From assembly GCA_011109175.1 (NCBI GenBank), contig RDEW01000065.1, positions 165,838 through 229,837 of the forward strand: 64,000 nt of DNA, given 5' to 3'. The notes below the pieces were generated by a model. That model was not told the origin of the DNA. It saw only the letters and a list, made by a program, of their open reading frames with translations, and did no database searches. The stretch is from Dicyema japonicum (Eukaryota > Animalia > Dicyemida). A program made the translations under genes and the position numbers. Shown in pieces: positions 1-10,239 of this stretch (position 1 is its first letter; each line of letters starts with the position of its first letter).

Positions 1-77
1 GGAAGGTATGAGCAGAAGCCAAGTATCCCCACTTCTAGGTATTTCGCTCTGTGTGTAGAATCAGACTGCAATTATAA

Positions 78-960
78 TACAGTAAACCCCCATTAATCCG
101 AACTTCAATAATCCGAATTTTTTGATGAGTCAGCAAAATTTTACCAAGTTTCCATAAAACAATAAACCGAAACTCCATAATCCGCAATCCGAAAGACATT
201 TATTAAAAATTTCGGAGTAATTTATTTTGTTTTTATTGAGCATGTACATGAATTAAGATTTTAAATTTAAAGTCTTACATGGTTAGAAAAAGGAATTTCG
301 ATTGCACAGAAAAGAAAGATTTGTGAAATAAAAAATACATTAAAATGACAATAAAAATTTTATTCCTAATTCTTAGAGAGAAGAATTATCTCACCTTTAT
401 TTGGGAATTTCGATACTTTCAGAAATTCTAAAAAACAGTGAAAACTGTGAACTTGATAATTCGCTTGTTGAATGGATTTAAAGGATGAATGCAATCAATG
501 GTTTTATTACTAAAGATGTCATCTCAAAAGATAAGGTATTTTGTCAAAAAATTGGAATCATAATGTTGAATTTAGTAAAGGCTAAGGAAAATTTAATCTT
601 AAACTAAAAGTTCTTTTTTGGAGAATCTGACATTATAACACAATATGAAATTAATTTGAATAGATCTGATTGATAATTTAAAAGAAGTACCCGGATGTAT
701 TGCTAAACATGGTTGAAACTGGAATCTTTTTTCAATCTTTCCCTTCTAGAACAATTTCATATAAAGATAGAAAAGGCATAAAGCAATAAAAGTGAGAATC
801 ACTATAGTTCTTTGTGCAACAATAAAAATTAAACTTTTTTGTTACTAGGCAAGTCAAAGACCATAATGTTTGAAAGATTTTGACTAGAAAATTATTTACT
901 ATGCAAATAAAAGAGTTTGGATGACAACAGAACTTTTTAATGCTATCATCAGTCATCTTA
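78..960 (+). mobile_element. Degenerate pogo/Tigger-like DNA transposon remnant
   Basis: TA followed by CAGTAAACCCC terminus at 78-90, with repeated (A)TAATCCG(AA) subterminal motifs. Stop-riddled translation resembles a CENP-B-type HTH (ELDNSLVEWI) and a DETG-like segment near 712-735. No right TIR seen. Boundaries approximate. Confidence 0.5.
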
Positions 961-984
961 GTGATGAATTAAAACATAATTATT

Positions 985-1470
985 ATTGTCCCGGGATCAC
1001 CGGTTAAAAGAATAAAGTTCTTAACTAACTAAGTGATCCCAGACCGACAACTTGGGACCTGGGTCCGCCAGGGACGGCCGTCCAGAATTGCCTTTCTAAA
1101 AGGGCTAGCTTCGACTCATATCTCCTGTTTGTCTGGAGATATGAGATGAGTAGCGCATGCAGAGGATGATCTGGTATCATTGTTCCTCTGATGAGAATTC
1201 TTTGTTTTTTGATGAAAAGATCTTCTGTAGATATAGGGGAGAATGTTGGCCCGATAATAGTCTTTGACCTTTTGAATATTTGATGGTCGATGTTCTTGAA
1301 ACAAAAACCAAGCCTCACTTGCATAGAGCAACGTCGGCTGGACAAACTGTTTGTAGATCATCTGAAGGCATCCAGCGTCACTTCTTAGCGGCTTGATAAC
1401 GACTTTTAATATCGTCATTTGAACTGGTTGGTTGAATGTCACGTAACTCACCGAACTGGAGACATTTTGA
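985..1470 (-). mobile_element. 3' fragment of Ingi/Vingi-like (I-group) non-LTR retrotransposon
   Basis: RT C-terminal/thumb-like peptide (IYKQFVQPTLLYASEAW). The ORF ends GLGSLS* inside an 8-bp hairpin (GGGATCAC 993-1000 / GTGATCCC 1033-1040), followed by an (AAT)n tail. Confidence 0.75.
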
Positions 1471-1479
1471 AGAAAAGAG

Positions 1480-2160
1480 TTACACTGCCCCTATCCTACA
1501 AGGATGACTGACAAGGACGGACTGTCTCTGTGTGGGGACGTCGAACCCCGGCACCCTAAAGATCATGAAAATAAATGTAAACGGGATAAAATGTAAGATT
1601 ATCGAACTCAGAAACCTTATGGAAAAATATCGAATTGATGTCCTTCTATTACAAGAATCCAAACTCAGAAGTGCGAACACAACTCCATAATTTCCTGGAT
1701 ACTCAGTTATAAATGTGGAAAACTTGGGGGAGCTCACTAACTATCATACAAAAGAAATCTCTTATGAAGATATCACCAATACGTCTACAATCGTCTCCAA
1801 AACCATGAAAGTATCGAAATTCTGGCCACAAAAATTTAACACTCAAGGTTACTTCTTTCTCTGATCAATTCATATCTACCTCCTTCATCATCAGCCACTT
1901 GCCCAATACTTTCGTTGATCAGCTCACTAAAGAACGTTCTTATTTGCGGTGACCTAAACACAAAACATCCGCTTTTTGCTTAGACGTCAAACAGGGGGGG
2001 AGATGTGCTAATCGAAAACTTGGGAACCTTTTGCATCCTAAACGACCTAACTTTCACACAAGAACTCCCTCAAGACAAATGATAAACCGTCATCCCCTGA
2101 TAAAATATTAAAAACCCGAGGTCCAGACAATATTTCTACAACAGAACTAGAGCATCTGGG
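1480..2160 (+). mobile_element. Degenerate APE endonuclease domain of an Ingi/Vingi-like LINE, preceded by a 2A-like relic
   Basis: Translates KINVNGIKCKIIELRNLMEKYRIDVLLLQESKL and ICGDLNTKHP (APE motifs), with stops and frameshifts. Upstream is CTGTGTGGGGACGTCG/AACCCCGGC (LCGDV..NPG). Confidence 0.7.
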
Positions 2161-2190
2161 ACCACTTGCTTTAGATCTAATTGCTTACAT

Positions 2191-2300
2191 CAGGGCTGGC
2201 CAACCGGTTGATGACGATCGACCAGTCGATCACGGCGAGTTTTTTGGTTGATCGAAATTGATTGATTTTTAACGCTCGATATACAAATTGATAATTATTT
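2191..2300 (+). mobile_element. hAT-type transposon terminus fragment
   Basis: CAGGGCTGGCCAACC terminus followed by the GATCGACCAGTCGATC subterminal palindrome, as seen in hAT/Charlie-like ends. Recognised by motif only. Confidence 0.4.
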
Positions 2301-2304
2301 TTTT

Positions 2305-5170
2305 GTATTTATTTTATTTATTTAACACCCAAGACCACGGTAAAACCAAAACTAACTATCACGTGATCCCGATGCGCTCCGCCAAAATCCTCATTCTTTC
2401 CCGGTGCTCCTCCCTCGTACCCACACAAGCTCGTACAGGGCGGCTGACTGTATTTGCAGGGCCACCTTCCCGCATGCCGGAGTTTTGTTTAATGAGGGCC
2501 TCCAGAGTAGTCGGTCTGGTTCTATGTCTCCCACAAGACCACCGCTCCGTCATTCTGAAAGCCTTCTTTTGAACGTCCTCATTTTCTTAGTGTTCGTCCA
2601 TGATAATGAAGGTCCCCACGAAGCACACGCGTACGAGAAGTAAGGTTCGATGTATTGCTTGTAAATGTTCATCAAGACTGGGTGGGTACCTGTCTTCCAT
2701 ATTCCAGATAAACATTTTAATACATTGATCCTCTTCTCGCACTTCAGAACAATGTTTGCCACGTGTGGTGACAAACATAAGTGTGTATCCAGTGTCACGC
2801 CCAGGATCTTCTGACATTTGGTGAAGGGGATTTCAATGTTGTCCAATTTTAACTTGACAGTCATCTTCCCCAACCTTTTGTCCGAAGTAAACATAGACGT
2901 GACCGACTTTCTGGAATTTATCGTGAGTCGGTTCTTCATTACCCAGGCGTTGAGTCGGTCCAGGTTAATTTGTAATCTTTCTGTAGCATTTTGGATATCC
3001 CGATCACGCGAGGCCAAAACAATGTCGTCCGCATATGTGAGTAGAACATCGTTATTGGATTCCGGTGTCGGAGGTCTGCCAGGTATAAATTGAATAAGGC
3101 GGGGATAAAGGAGATCCTTGGGGGACACCGTTTGGGAGAAGACGTGAGACTGATTTCAGTCCTCCGAGGCATACACTTCGTCCACTTAAGAAATTTGTTA
3201 TCCAAAGTTTAAGCTTCCCCGGGATCTCGGACTGGAAAATTTTCTTTGATAATATTTTTCTCGAAATAGAATCAAAGGCCTTGTTAATATCAATGGAACA
3301 TAAGACTGTCTTCAAATGCCTTGGTTTGTTTGAAAAACCATCTCTAATGAAGTTGGTTAATTTCTGTAGGTACGTTGATGTAGAACAATCGCTCTTGAAT
3401 CCGTGTTGAAAATCCTTTTCTGGTAAGAAAGCCTTGATTCTCCCAAGCACAAGCCTTTCCAGGATTTTCGATATGGAACATAACAATGACACAGGTCTAA
3501 ATGATGCCGGATCTTCCTTAGGTTTTCCAGGTTTCAGTATAGGTCGGATGTTGGCTTGCTTCCATAACAACGGTATTACATTACAATTAATTGAATAGTT
3601 ATACACCGACGTTAGAAAACCGACTCCAATATCTCCAAGGTTCTTCAATAACACTACTGGAATGTTGTCGGGACCGGCAGAGTACGTTGTTCTTGTAAAA
3701 TGCAGCGCATTCTTCACGTCTTCATCCGAGAAGTAAACTGGGTTAGAATCCTTCTTCAGTTTTCTCCATCAAGAGAGGAGCACTTCCGACTTCCTGTGTT
3801 CCTTGTACGAAATTTTTGTGTAGAATTTTATCAAATTGTTAACGTCTCGTTGAGTATAGTCATCCTCGGGGGAAGTTTCTTCTCCCTTTGCAACATTTCG
3901 GATGGCTTTCCACACTTCTCCGGTACTACGGTTGCGATTTACCTTTGTAAGAATCCGATTCCACTTCAATTTCTGGGCCTTGAACTCTCTGGCCTTTATT
4001 TCGTTGTTTAGAGCTCTGATCCGGAGTTTCGTTTTTAATGTGATCCAATTAGATTTTTTGAGGTGATTTCTTTCTTTGATCAATGCCGACTTCCCTCGAC
4101 CATTAGAGGAGTTTAGACGATGCTTGGGAATAGCCAATGATCTTGCTTCTAGAATTGTGCAAGTAAAGTATTTGATCGCTTTTTCTAGCGATTTGAAGCT
4201 GACAAAGTAACAATTCTTCAGTCTATCATCAGAGATTGCGCGATACAATTCCCAATTAGCAGCTTTGTAGTTATAACTAGCAGGTGTTCTCCTCACTCTG
4301 ACTTCTCTCATGACTTTCATCACAATTGGATTATGGTCGCTACTTGTTTCGTAGAGGACTGACCAATCAATTTTTGATGAAAGCGACGATGAGCAGAGTG
4401 TTACATCCGGTGAAGTAAGCTGATCCGTCTCTCTTAGTGGGATCCTTGTATTTTTCGCTGGATCGTTCAGTATCGTTAGGGAGTCCGATTTCAATAACAA
4501 TAGCTTCCCTCTCGTGTCGGCCTGTTGGGTTGACAACCATAATGGGTGCTTTGCGTTTAAATCTCCACGTATGATTATCTCATCGTAGATAGCCAATCTT
4601 GATAGATTTGGAATAACATAGTCCTTTGGGCAGGAGCCGGAGGAGGCAAGTAGATATTCACGAGGGACATATTTCCTTTCGTTGTCCCAAGCGAGATTCC
4701 AATTGCCTCAGTAACCTCGTCATTTCCAACAAGTTTCCTCACTTCCGAAGTAATGTCTCTGCATTTCAGGTTCTTTTTGAATAGAGTAAGTAGTCCACCC
4801 CTCTTCTCTTTTTACGGTCCATCCTGATTGCCTCGTATCCAGGGAATGAAGGAGTGGAATCATGCATGCGGAGTTTAGTTTCTTGAATCATGGCCACGTC
4901 GATCTTCTGATTTGCCAGGATAGACCGGAGTTCCCTGACCTTTCCTTTAATTCCGTTGATGTTTATTTGGAGAGCAGTAAATTTCTTTTCTCAACAGAGG
5001 GCTGAGGGTTTTGGCCGGAAATGTTTGGACTATCTTGAAACACATCGCCTGGGGTCGATAATGACCCCGGGGGAAGGGTCTAATGGTCCTTTTCGGGAGG
5101 GTATTAGAAGCCCTCTGGGCGTTGCCAAATCCTTTTGAATTTTTTGAATTGGTGGACCACATAACGCCAC
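2305..5170 (-). mobile_element. Near full-length (~2.9 kb) single-ORF APE+RT non-LTR retrotransposon, Ingi/Vingi-like, frameshifted
   Basis: APE N-terminus LQININGIKGKVRELRSILANQKIDVAMIQETKLR (~4990-4850) and RGDLNAKH. RT motifs GPDNIP, FRPVSLL, QHGF, SIDINKAFD, GVPQGSPLSP, YADD. No RNase H and no ORF1. Has the 3' hairpin (2331-2370) plus an ATAAA tail, and a structured 5' end at 5084-5170. Confidence 0.85.
5084..5170 (-). ncRNA. Candidate HDV-topology structured RNA at the 5' end of the full-length LINE
   Basis: GGCGUU/AACGCC (P1), UGGUCC/GGACCA (P2), a hairpin after P2 (P3), GAGGG/CCCUC (P4) and J4/2 CCGAAAA, all in HDV order. Confidence 0.5.
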
Positions 5171-5601
5171 GATACAACTCAAGATTGAGTATACCACAAA
5201 GTATTAAAAATCAAGCTAATAATTTTAAATGAAATATAATATAAATCTTATAGTTTTAATATAATATAAATAATATAAGACTCGATTATTTATTCGTCTT
5301 TAATTTTTTACATGACAATAAGCTCCTCGATAACCATCGCCTCCTTGATCAGAAAAATCGCCCAAAAGGGGCGATTTGCCCCTCGTTGAAAACCACTAGA
5401 CAAGCTAAAGGGGTACTTCTCAGCTTATTTTTATTGTTTGTATTGGAAAGCTTCTTTTTATTGTTTGTATTAGCCTGACACCTAACCACCCCGCTAGTAT
5501 ATTGTAGACAAAAAAATATTTGTAGACAAAAAATCAAAAAATTAATTAATAAAAAATAAATTAATTGTATGAAATAATTAATTAAACATTTAATTTTTAA
5601 C

Positions 5602-5788
5602 GATGGCGTCACTGGATCCACCTTACTGTGGAGGCGCCCAATGACTGCCCGGCATCAAGAGGATCCAATAATTCTTCCACGGGGACAACGTCGTTACCTG
5701 GTGACAAGTTCTGGAATACTGGAACGAGTCAGGATCGAGGAGTTAGTTAGTTTGGTTACCCTTGGTCTTTGGAAATAATTTTATTTTT
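5602..5788 (+). mobile_element. ~190-nt non-autonomous mini-retroelement (5' structured domain plus 3' hairpin and tail)
   Basis: 5' motif 5605-5667. 3' hairpin AGGATCGAGG (5731-5740) / CCTTGGTCTT (5760-5769) with a TAGTTAG loop and AT tail. Flanked by the near-identical direct repeat TTAATTTT(T)AAC (5590-5601, 5789-5799). Confidence 0.65.
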
Positions 5789-6959
5789 TTAATTTTAACT
5801 AAAAAATTATCATATATTGATTTTGTTGCAAAAAAGTGTCGGTCATCTATTAGATAAGAACCTTATCTGTGCTCTCAATCATGAGAGCTACTTGTGGGTA
5901 TTAATGGTTCTTGTTCATTACCTTAATACATTGTTTTTTCAACAAATTTTGTTTTGTGTTACGGTCAAAGTAGGTTAGGGTGTGACTATTGTTATATTCC
6001 TTGGACAATGGTCATAGTACCTTGGTACCTTCTGGTTTCATTTATGTTAACCATTCGATTAAGACTGGAATACATAGTGTTTAGATATAAACAGGTTGAC
6101 GCTAGAGATCTCCCATGTGAAAATCGGAAAGTCGTCATCTTTTTGAGTCCCCTCTTATTCCCACGATCCAGCCCCGTGGCTCTATCTGAGATGGAAAACC
6201 GATAATATTAGTTAGTTAACTGCTATTGGGGGTGTTTGGACTTTTAAATTACCTCCTGTGAGGTTGATGTGCCTCCCTCTAAGGCCTGTCATGAGGAACT
6301 ATAAGTGATAACCTCAATTTCCACTCATTTGACAAAACCACCAACCTTTGAAATTGAAATCTTAAGATTAACCAACGGTGGAATCTAAAGATCCACGAGG
6401 AATTGATGACTCATTTGATGATTTCTCAGATGCTTATAGATATTAACTGGTTGACTATCCGGGAGAGCATTTTGACTAAAAATGATTACTTTTATATTAG
6501 AATGTCCCTTAATGGATTCGCTGTCACTGCTTAAAAGATGAGCTAAGAGCCATAAGAAAACCTAAGATCACCTGAAAGAAGATTGTAAACCCAATTAATT
6601 AGGCGACCCCACCTTCTAGTAGTATCCGGAGTTTCTTCGAGTGGTCCCTTTCTCCTGTCCCCCGCTAATATTAGTCATGTATTGTGCACAGTTTCAAGTA
6701 AGGTTATTAACCACAGTTTCGCCAACAGGAGAGAACTGACACATTAGCTGACGTCGTTAATTTAACCCCTCCAAAGGAACTTTATAGTCTGAGTCCGTGT
6801 GGGGAGATCTCTAACCTCTCCTCCGTAGTTGCAGCCTTAACAATTTCATATCAGATTTTTCAAAAAATAATTAAAAAAATTTATTAACTTAATTTTTTAA
6901 CGATAACTCACTAATGCACATTTCACTACCAAAAATTGCACTGTCCGTAAATCATCCAT

Positions 6960-7800
6960 TAGTTTCCCGCCAGTCCCTTCAACTGAAGAATACCGGTGAC
7001 TCGAAGGAAAATAACCAGGAAACTATGTTTTTATCCTATGCGGACGACCTAATTATCGCTGCAAAGATAAATCTCATTCCGTGGCTGTAGCAATGTGACG
7101 GGCTATCTGCAAATATGTTATGTGTATCAGCATCTAAATCCCAGTTCACCATTTTCACTACTGATAGAAGATTTAAGGATGGACTCGAACTGTTTTTTGG
7201 AAATATTTCTATCCCTTTTACGCGGACCTATAAGATCATTGGGGTAGTTTTCGACTTTCTGATGACGTTCTCTAGTCACGTGTAGGAGGTGCTTTCCAAG
7301 GGTCTTTGGAAATGGAACATTTTAAAAGCGATCATAAAGAAGAGACCCTTCCCCCTGCTACTTGAGTCAACAAGGTCTATCACCAAGTCATTGTTCATAC
7401 TATTGAATATGCCTGCTCCGCCTGGAGATTTGCCATTCCCTCTGAGAATTAATCGTTTGAAGTCTCAGGGGGAAAATTATGCACCACACTGACATCTCCA
7501 TTGGCGGTCTCGTTTCTGATGAAGCGACTTTGAAGAATGGCCAGGGCTTTTTACATTTTTGCAAGGAACTGGGAAACCAATTCAAGGAAAAGGTGACCAA
7601 TGCAGAGGAATTTCGGTCGATTATAAAAGTGCACGCCGATTGAATTCCTATGCAGAAGGAATAGAAGGCGCTTCCGGAGTGCGGTTTGGTTATCAGAAGA
7701 CCAGACAAAGAGAGTTCGGCTGTTGTTGGAGGCTGGGATCACCTAATTAGTTAGTTTTGACCTATCTTTCTTGGAGGTTTGGAGTTAAATAAATAAAAAT
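6960..7800 (+). mobile_element. 5'-truncated Ingi/Vingi-like LINE (RT 3' half)
   Basis: SYADDLII and KIIGVVFD motifs. ORF ends RLGSPN*, followed by the hairpin (7736-7780) and a TAAATAAA tail. Related copies lie at 21600-21830, 28640-28880 and 30480-30930. Confidence 0.75.
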
Positions 7801-7869
7801 TATTCACTACTTTATTATTTATCGAACTTTTATTAAATTATATGTAATTATTGCCAACCCTGTATAAAC

Positions 7870-8010
7870 TGATGACCAAATTGGTGGCTAATGATGTCAG
7901 GAGCTTTGTAGAAGCAAATGGGACTCTCTCCGAGAATCAGTTGGGTACTGTGCGAAATTGTCAGGGGCAAATCTCAAGACCGTTTGCAGACTGTGGAGGT
8001 GGAGAAAGAG
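7870..8010 (+). mobile_element. Internally deleted fragment of an R4-like (RLE-type) non-LTR element
   Basis: RT segment LSENQLGTVR is joined directly to RLE segment SQDRLQTVEVEK. The latter is near-identical in DNA to about 17005-17040. Confidence 0.55.
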
Positions 8011-8049
8011 TCCCTTGAAAAGACGGAAGATGTAAAGAAGGCTGCCTGC

Positions 8050-9090
8050 CTCAAAACAGCCAGTTGTCACACGACGGATGATGTACTGATGTTAGATTTT
8101 AGCATAAATAAATCCATTTCTTGGAAACGAGTTTCAGATCATATTGGAAAAATTACATGTTTGTGCCGAGATAAAGGTGGACTGTGAACAACAAAAATAA
8201 GTCAAACATTTGTGTAAATACTGGAGCAATTAAATATACGGATCAAGTACAATATCAAGCAGTATGTGTGAATTCGAAGGGTTCTTTTAAAGATTACATC
8301 AAAGATGGAAGGTTAAAACCGCTTCTACAATTTCACTTGAGTCTGGAAATTTTTTTCGATTTCACACGGTGGAACACTCGAATAAAAAATGTTGATTTAT
8401 GCAGATGGAAAAGAGTTTCGAATCATATTGGAAAAATTGTCCACATAATAAAACCATTAGAGATAAAGTCCTACCTTTAAGTACAGTTCGTTTTAAGACT
8501 GCCGCAACAGAAACATCGAGAATTATAAACCAAATGTGATTTCATTCAATATTCCATTGATACTGAAAAAAAGTAGGCACATCTTGATATAACAATTCCA
8601 TACAATTCGTAAGAGGTGCATAATCCAATTCATATATGCGGATGATGTAGACTTAGTGTATACTGATAGGGAAACGGAATCTGGTGATAAACATTACAAA
8701 AACTGATTATACAAGAATCGAACGAGCAAAATCAAGAAATGATGAATGCTGGCGACATGCAAAAAAACTCGGATCACTACTAGGTGACCTCGAGGACATT
8801 TGTCGAAGAAAAATGCTTGCTACCATATATTTCAAAAATGTACAAAACCTGGATAGAAAGAACCATGTATCACTGAAACTTCGTGTCAGACTATACATGT
8901 CTGTTAAGCCAATATTGCTATACAATTCAGGAAAATAAGGAATTTCGAGAAAAAAAATTTAGACTTCAGGTAATAGGGAATAGAAGACAATATTAGAACT
9001 TTCAAATGACCCATGACTGCAAAGAATACAGAACTAAATCTTTCATTTTCAATAATTGGACAAATCAAATGGTGAAGAACAATGCACATT
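8050..9090 (+). mobile_element. Degenerate RTE-like LINE fragments
   Basis: KKLGSLLGDLEDICRRKMLA and LRVRLYMSVKPILLYNSG match the RT C-terminus of the elements at 23-24.8 kb and 32.6-33.7 kb. Confidence 0.65.
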
Positions 9091-9479
9091 TATAGGTTAC
9101 CCAAATATATATTATACACTTTGATAACAGCCTTCAACACTCTTTGATAAATCCAATAATATATAGAATATTTAATATATGAAAATAAAATACAACAAAA
9201 TAATAAGAATCTACAAAAAAATATAAAAAACAAGCAACCACAAGAACGTAAAACGCACGCAGATTATTAACTATGTATTATATAGGTTTCCCATACTTTA
9301 AAACAATTTTTATAAATAAATGAATATTAAATTAATTAATGGAACTTTCGCAAACGCTACCTACTATTAGAAAATAAAATGATTTCTTTCGTATTTAATT
9401 GACACTGGGTTCCAACACAATAATTAAACCACATGACGTCACCATTCTAACAAGATTACATTTTTGGTCAGAAGTATTT

Positions 9480-9590
9480 GAAGATGGATTTGGTCAGCAC
9501 ATGTTCTCCCTTTGGTTCTTTCCTTGGATTAGTTAGTTATGACTGTTTCTGCTGGGCTTACAATGGTATGCCTGTGGTTAATAATAATAA
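9480..9590 (+). mobile_element. LINE-like 3' end (ORF end, hairpin, (TAA)n tail)
   Basis: Ends HMFSLWFFPWIS*, then TTAG, a GGGCTTAC...GTATGCCT hairpin and TAATAATAA. A homolog lies at ~37350-37440 (QMLSFWFLPWIN*, hairpin GGGCTTAC/GTAAGCCT). Confidence 0.45.
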
Positions 9591-10239
9591 AAGATTACGT
9601 TCACGAGATCCCCGAAGATCTTCGGCATCGTTTTCGACACGTTAATAACATTTATTCATCACGTTGGTGACCAAGGCTCCGAAAGTGAAAAATCCCTCCC
9701 CAATGCTGATCTTCCGATCCGGAGGACCTGCTGAGAAGGATGTAGTAAGAAAAATCCTAATTTGCCAATTTAGCTACAAGACAACAGTTCACTATTTCTC
9801 GAAGAACCACTTCCGTTTGTAAGTGATCTTAAAATCTTACACTAATGATGGAAGATATTGTTCTTAAAACTTCAAGGTCGGAAAAATATTGATAAGTTCA
9901 CAGCTAATAGTCGCTTGTTATCGACGAGGTAAGCCTTGACAATTACCAGTGTCTGATGGTATTAGAGAACAAATCTAGTGAAATAGTAAGCGATGAAGTT
10001 TTAAAGTATAAACAGGATAAAGTACAAAGACGTGTTAAAATGTTAGACAAAATTAAATTTAAGGCAATTAACGAATAGCTTATCTCCGACAACTACTATA
10101 TTGGATTGTTGGATCTATAACATTTCCATGTAGTCATCTTTTACCTTTATTAGTCTCGAACAAGTGGAAAACAAATATTATTTGTACAGTAGTTAGTCAC
10201 TCAAACGCATAATCTAATAACTGTATTACCGTATCGTAC

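Noticed and set aside
5321-5744. MITE bounded by AGCTCCTCGAT / ATCGAGGAGTT
   Set aside because: The right arm lies inside the TSD-flanked mini-retroelement; oppositely oriented retroelement remnants explain the repeat better.
7515-7545. Hammerhead-like CTGATGA core (also ~28744 and ~1187)
   Set aside because: No stem II followed by GAAA and no stem III/NUH partner; these lie within LINE coding sequence.
9428-9445. Additional 5'-fold remnant (GTGACGTCATGTGG on the minus strand)
   Set aside because: Matches only the P1a-J1/2-P2a start; no convincing P2b or P4 downstream.
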